A stretch of 31,196 bases of DNA from an uncultured delta proteobacterium (lineage in GTDB: Bacteria; Desulfobacterota; RBG-13-43-22), in NCBI GenBank assembly GCA_963743305.1, contig CAVUPH010000041.1:1-31196 (forward strand). The letters run 5' to 3'. Every line of letters begins with the position of its first letter. Position 1 is the first letter of the stretch. This document shows, in pieces, positions 26,805 through 31,196 of the stretch. The notes under the pieces are model-generated. The model ran no database searches. It was not told the origin of the DNA and saw nothing but the letters and a program-made list of their open reading frames with translations. Position numbers and translations under genes: made by a program.

Positions 26805-27269
26805 ATGAAACCAGGCCGGGACCGTTTGTACGGCCCCTCCCTCGATAGCCAAGGTGTGGAGTCTAAGGTGGGTTTAATTGTCTATATTCCCAAAGCGGAA
26901 GCATCGGGGCAAAGGCTTCAGCGAATGATCGGCCAACTGATTTGGCAAGATACCATCGAGATCATTTACACCTTTAAACGGCTGGAATTCAGATTACAAC
27001 ATAATATCGGGGAGGAAGATATCGCCCTTCTTTTGGCGGCAACCCTGAATGACCTGAACGAGTTGGTCGCCAATTATCATTTATTAAGCTCGCTGCGCCT
27101 CATTCTGATCTTGCCTGACGCAGAAAAGGGCACTGTTGCCAAGGGGCATCTCTTGCGGCCGCGATTTGTGGCCTATGAAGATGGCGATTTCTCAGATGTG
27201 GCATTGGTGCTGCAAAAGATGTTAAAGACGGCCATTTCAGATTCTGGAAAGATGATTACAAAAATATAA
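26805..27269 (+). CDS. Hypothetical protein with a receiver-like (beta/alpha)5 pattern but no phosphoacceptor
   Basis: Periodic hydrophobic strands LIVYI, IEII, IALLL, LILIL and RFV alternate with helices; no acidic pocket. True start may be GTG near 26868. Confidence 0.7.
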   Translation: MKPGRDRLYGPSLDSQGVESKVGLIVYIPKAEASGQRLQRMIGQLIWQDTIEIIYTFKRLEFRLQHNIGEEDIALLLAATLNDLNELVANYHLLSSLRLILILPDAEKGTVAKGHLLRPRFVAYEDGDFSDVALVLQKMLKTAISDSGKMITKI

Positions 27270-27291
27270 ATTTTGTGAGGAGGGATAGTGA

Positions 27292-27804
27292 ATGGATGAG
27301 ACTACACGCACCATGGATCAGGCCATAGCGGTCATTCGCAACCGGGAGGGGAAGTACCTGACTTTCAGCTTGGGGAAGGAGGAATACGGTCTGGGGATCC
27401 TCAAGGTCAAGGAGATCATCGGTATGATGTCCATCACCACCGTACCCCGAACACCGGCCTTCATCAAAGGAGTCATTAATCTGCGCGGCAAGGTCATTCC
27501 GGTGGTGGACCTGCGCCTGAAGTTCGAGATGGAGGAGATCGCTTATACGGAGCGGACCTGTATCATCGTGGTGGAGATCGCCGGGCCGGGCGGGGCTATC
27601 CCCATGGGCATCGTGGTGGACTCTGTTTCGGAGGTCCTGAACATCAGACAGGGCGAGATTGAGGACACCCCCGCCTTTGGCAGCCAGATGGACACCCAAT
27701 ACATCTTGGGCCTGGCCAAAACCGGCGGCGGGGTGAAGATCCTGCTGGATATCGATAAAGTGCTCGTCAGGGAAGAAATCCTGGCTTTGGAAAAAGCAGC
27801 TTAA
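27292..27804 (+). CDS. cheW: Chemotaxis coupling protein CheW
   Basis: [38 protein letters not shown]. Confidence 0.97.
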   Translation: MDETTRTMDQAIAVIRNREGKYLTFSLGKEEYGLGILKVKEIIGMMSITTVPRTPAFIKGVINLRGKVIPVVDLRLKFEMEEIAYTERTCIIVVEIAGPGGAIPMGIVVDSVSEVLNIRQGEIEDTPAFGSQMDTQYILGLAKTGGGVKILLDIDKVLVREEILALEKAA

Positions 27805-27836
27805 TAATACAAAATTCCGATAAGGGAGAGATCCGC

Positions 27837-29459
27837 ATGTTTAAGAAAATGAAGTTGGGAACCAAACTAGGATTGGGATTCGGGGTGGTGATCGTGTTGA
27901 TGATCGGGATCGTGGCTTTTTCGATCACCAGTTTGAGTCAGATAAATTCCAAGATGGATAAGGTGGTCAACGATAGATATCCAAAAACCGTTATGGCCAA
28001 CGACACTACCGATCAGGTCAACGTCGTGGCCCGTTCGGTTCGAAACATGGTGATCATGACCAAGCAGGCGGATATTGAGAAAGAAGCGGACCGGATTAAA
28101 GCGGCAGGAAAGATAATTTCCGACACCCTCGATAAGCTGGGAAAGGTCGTTACCACCGCCAAAGGCAAAGAGCTGATGAAGGCTATTGTGGATAGCCAGA
28201 CGAACTATTCCGGACCTCGCGATGAGGCCATTAAATTCGCTTTAGAAGGGAAGAAGCAGGAAGCGGCCGAGGTGCTTCTGGGTAAAATGCGGCCCCTGCA
28301 ATTGGCCTATATGGAGAACCTGGACAAGTTGATCAAATACCAGGATGAATTGATGATTCAGGCCGGCAAAGAGGCCACCGCGACCTATGGTAGTGCCAGA
28401 ACCTTAATCCTGGTCAGCGCCCTTCTTTCGGTAGTGTTGGCTTGCGGGCTGGCCTTTTTTATCACCCGCAGTATCACCGGGCCCATCAACCGTGTAGTGG
28501 AAGGTTTATCGGAAGGAGCCGAGCAGGTAGCCTCGGCCGCCGGTCAGGTATCGAGCGCCAGCCAGTCCCTGGCCGAAGGGGCCTCGGAGCAGGCCGCCGG
28601 GCTGGAAGAGACTTCCTCCTCCATGGAGGAGATTTCTTCCATGACTCGGCAGAATGCCAACAACGCCACCCAGGCCAATACCTTGATGATGGAAACCGGC
28701 AAGGTGGTCGACGTGGCCAACCAATCCATGGGTGAGTTGACTGGCTCAATGAACGAGATCTCCCAGGCCAGCGAGGAGACCGGCAAGATCATCAAGACCA
28801 TCGACGAAATCGCCTTCCAGACCAATCTGCTGGCCCTGAATGCCGCCGTGGAAGCGGCCCGGGCCGGTGAGGCCGGAGCCGGCTTCGCCGTGGTGGCCGA
28901 CGAGGTCCGCAACCTGGCCATGCGGGCCGCCGAGGCGGCCAAAAACACGGCCGGGTTGATCGAAGCCACGGTCAAGAAAGTAAAGAACGGGTCCGAGATC
29001 GTGACCCGGACCAACGACGCTTTCTTGAAAGTAGCCAGCGGTTCCAGGAAATCCGGGGAGCTGGTGGGCGAGATCGCCGCCGCCTCTCAGGAACAGGCGC
29101 AGGGGATCGAGCAGGTCAGCAAGGCCATCTCCGAGATGGACCGGGTAGTCCAGCAAAACGCCGCCAACGCCGAGGAATCCGCCTCCGCTTCGGAGGAAAT
29201 GAACGCCCAGGCGGAAAGCATGAAGGAGTACGTCCAGGACCTGGTCGCCATCGTCGGCGGGAGCGCCAGTGGGGCAGGCAATTCGAATGGACACCGCCGC
29301 CATATCGCGCTAGCCGGCCCTCTGCCCCAGGGGAAGGTCCTGAAGGCCCTTCCGGGGATGAAGAAAAGAGACCCCGGGAAAGCCGTGGCTCTGCGAAGCA
29401 GCCGGGAGGTTCGTCCAGACGAGGTGATTCCGTTGGATGATGATTTTAAGGAGTTTTAG
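27837..29459 (+). CDS. Methyl-accepting chemotaxis protein (four-helix-bundle sensor, no evident HAMP, C-terminal pentapeptide)
   Basis: Two transmembrane segments; hairpin tip [37 protein letters not shown]; ends in DFKEF. Confidence 0.96.
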   Translation: MFKKMKLGTKLGLGFGVVIVLMIGIVAFSITSLSQINSKMDKVVNDRYPKTVMANDTTDQVNVVARSVRNMVIMTKQADIEKEADRIKAAGKIISDTLDKLGKVVTTAKGKELMKAIVDSQTNYSGPRDEAIKFALEGKKQEAAEVLLGKMRPLQLAYMENLDKLIKYQDELMIQAGKEATATYGSARTLILVSALLSVVLACGLAFFITRSITGPINRVVEGLSEGAEQVASAAGQVSSASQSLAEGASEQAAGLEETSSSMEEISSMTRQNANNATQANTLMMETGKVVDVANQSMGELTGSMNEISQASEETGKIIKTIDEIAFQTNLLALNAAVEAARAGEAGAGFAVVADEVRNLAMRAAEAAKNTAGLIEATVKKVKNGSEIVTRTNDAFLKVASGSRKSGELVGEIAAASQEQAQGIEQVSKAISEMDRVVQQNAANAEESASASEEMNAQAESMKEYVQDLVAIVGGSASGAGNSNGHRRHIALAGPLPQGKVLKALPGMKKRDPGKAVALRSSREVRPDEVIPLDDDFKEF

Positions 29460-29614
29460 GGAAAGCCGAGACTGGATGAAAGAAGTCCTATGCTGGAGTG
29501 CGAAGGATTGCCGTACGCTCACCGCACTGCGGTCATCCTGAACGGCACGCCCACTCCTGTCATCTTGACCAACCGAACGTTTGATTTTAAGCGAACGCTG
29601 AACCGGAGTCGAAA

Positions 29615-30193
29615 ATGGGCCTTTTTAAAAAATTGAATGTTCAAACCAGAATAGCCCTGATTTTTTCCTTGGTGATCCTGCTGGTGATCGGCGGGGGAAT
29701 CGCCACCTTTATGATCCTTTCCAATTTAGCCTGGGCCTTGCCGGGGCTTAAAACAGCGGGAAAAATCGGACCCGAGTTGTCCGGCGCCCTGGCCAGTACC
29801 CGGCTCACGTTTACCTATATTATATTCCTGGAAGTCCTTTTATTGTTGCCCCTCGGGATAGGGCTGATACGAACCATCGGTCCCCGGCTGAAAAAGGACG
29901 TACAGGAATCCTCTCTTCATAACACCCAAAATCCGGCACCCTGCCAGGTCGATGAACCGATCGCGACCCTGGTTATAGAGGAAATCGGTGTCCTGACTAA
30001 TCAAGTAACCGAAGCCGCCCGGAAGGCCAACGAGGTGATGGCGCATTCCCAGACGGCCATAAGGAAAGGCATCGCCATGTCCGAGGCCACACTGGAAGCG
30101 CTTGAGGAGAATAAGAAATTGACGATTAAGGTAACCCAACTGATAGAAAAAATAGGGGTGGCTTCTGCAGTGCAGCCCGAGTGTCTCCACTGA
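29615..30193 (+). CDS. Membrane protein carrying only the C-terminal helix of an MCP signalling hairpin (mini-MCP or decayed MCP)
   Basis: GGAG RBS, MCP-like N-terminus and two transmembrane segments; the C-terminal ~69 aa align without gaps to [10 protein letters not shown]...IAAASQEQ of the upstream MCP. Confidence 0.7.
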   Translation: MGLFKKLNVQTRIALIFSLVILLVIGGGIATFMILSNLAWALPGLKTAGKIGPELSGALASTRLTFTYIIFLEVLLLLPLGIGLIRTIGPRLKKDVQESSLHNTQNPAPCQVDEPIATLVIEEIGVLTNQVTEAARKANEVMAHSQTAIRKGIAMSEATLEALEENKKLTIKVTQLIEKIGVASAVQPECLH

Positions 30194-30215
30194 GCCTTCT
30201 CCTCCTCCCTCCAAT

Positions 30216-30236
30216 GGGCGGGGTTTATCCCCGCCC
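30216..30236. repeat. REP-like or terminator hairpin
   Basis: GGGCGGGG-TTTAT-CCCCGCCC. Confidence 0.6.
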
Positions 30237-30419
30237 CCCTCTTTCAACTGACTAAAAAAGTCGAGCTTAAGGGGAGTATATCGAAAAACATGGAGATATA
30301 TTGGTTGGTTGCGGGATCTACAAAAAATAATTTGCGGCCACGGAGGCCCGAATTCAGTCTAAGCTAGCACCTATTGTGGCCACCCACCCGAAAGGGCGAA
30401 CAACTAAAAGGAGAAACCG

Positions 30420-31196
30420 ATGTTTCAACTCGTCAACCATCTATCCCTCATGAAAAAATTATTGGTCGGACCCCTGGTGGTGGTGTTGCTTTTGATCCTT
30501 TTGGCCGGGATGTCCTATCGGGGGATGGTCGGTCAGAAAAATACCCTGTCCACAATTTACCAGGGTGAATTCAAAGATTACCAGGTGCTGGCGAAAGTCC
30601 TCCAGGAACTGACTTCCGTTCACGGCAATATCAATAAACTGATGAACTGGATCAACTCCAACACCAATAAAACCCGAGTTGCCGAATTGGCCCAGGCCCA
30701 GGGAAAAGCCTTGGCGGCCAATGCGGATCAGTTGGTTAGGTTTTTATCTCGGGCGGACCACAACGGAGACGAGAAGAAGAAGCTGCAAAGCGCCCTGGAC
30801 CAGTTAAAGGACTATCAGAAGACAGCCGCCAATACTATCGAAATGTCGGAGGCGGATGTTAACACCGCCATGATGCTGGTCAGCAGCGGCTTGGAGGATA
30901 AATACCAAATTATCAATAAAAGCCTCCAGGAGATTTTGGCCCTTCAGGACAAGTCGGGCCAGGGTCAATACGAACAGTCGCTGGCCGGTTTTAACCGAAC
31001 GGTTTGGGTATTTTCCCTGGTTTTGCTGGCGGCTATTATTTTATCGTTGGGGATCAATATCTATCTGGCCCGACTGATTTCCGGACCCGTGCAGCGGGCC
31101 AATGAAACCGTACGCCAGATCGCCCAGGGAGACTTGACCCGGGAAATCGAGGTCCTTTCCCGGGATGAGATCGGACAATTGGCCGGGGCCATCGAC
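30420..31196 (+). CDS. Transmembrane chemoreceptor (probable MCP) with HAMP domain, 3'-partial
   Basis: AAGGAG RBS; open frame MFQLVNHLSLMKKLLVGP... with TM1, a helical periplasmic domain, TM2 and HAMP (GPVQRANETVRQIAQGDLTREIEVLSRDEIGQLA). No stop before the window ends, so it is absent from the ORF track. Confidence 0.88.
   Translation, partial: MFQLVNHLSLMKKLLVGPLVVVLLLILLAGMSYRGMVGQKNTLSTIYQGEFKDYQVLAKVLQELTSVHGNINKLMNWINSNTNKTRVAELAQAQGKALAANADQLVRFLSRADHNGDEKKKLQSALDQLKDYQKTAANTIEMSEADVNTAMMLVSSGLEDKYQIINKSLQEILALQDKSGQGQYEQSLAGFNRTVWVFSLVLLAAIILSLGINIYLARLISGPVQRANETVRQIAQGDLTREIEVLSRDEIGQLAGAID

Noticed and set aside
30300-30419. c-di-GMP-I (GEMM) riboswitch
   Set aside because: The characteristic GGCAAA...GAAA...GCAAA core arrangement is not present.
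30374-30568. 64-aa ORF from the supplied track
   Set aside because: It overlaps, out of frame, the MCP starting at 30420, which has the RBS and a clear domain structure.

Overview
Chromosomal window from a bacterium whose gene content and order suggest Desulfobacterota/deltaproteobacteria (inferred, not proven). It has four parts. (1) 1-3825: accessory DNA downstream of tRNA-Val(CAC), with a 5'-truncated GH38-type glycosidase and a secreted protein gene broken by two frameshifts. (2) 3880-11757, minus strand: housekeeping block xerD, CBS/DHH tRNA nucleotidyltransferase, site-2 protease, trpS, scpA, scpB, rluB, tRNA-Val. (3) 12015-18575: crotonase, an MrfA/Hrq1-like DUF1998 helicase fused to a DEDD exonuclease, an FmdB zinc ribbon, a VapBC pair, a possible PIN relic, a NYN protein and a lipoprotein. 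(4) 18598-31196: a signalling and chemotaxis island with HDOD-GAF, an unannotated 48-aa ORF behind a sigma28-like promoter, a frameshifted multi-PAS hybrid kinase, a sigma54 activator and a CheD-HDOD fusion. These are followed by a sigma54-like promoter leading into a pseudo-receiver-like gene, cheW, a HAMP-less MCP, a 'half-hairpin' mini-MCP and a further MCP that runs off the end. Intergenic spaces carry several heptamer/nonamer inverted-repeat and REP-like elements. No CRISPR array, rRNA or transposase was seen. The best candidate for an undescribed system is the accessory chemosensory module in part 4. All assignments come from manual motif reading; no searches were run.
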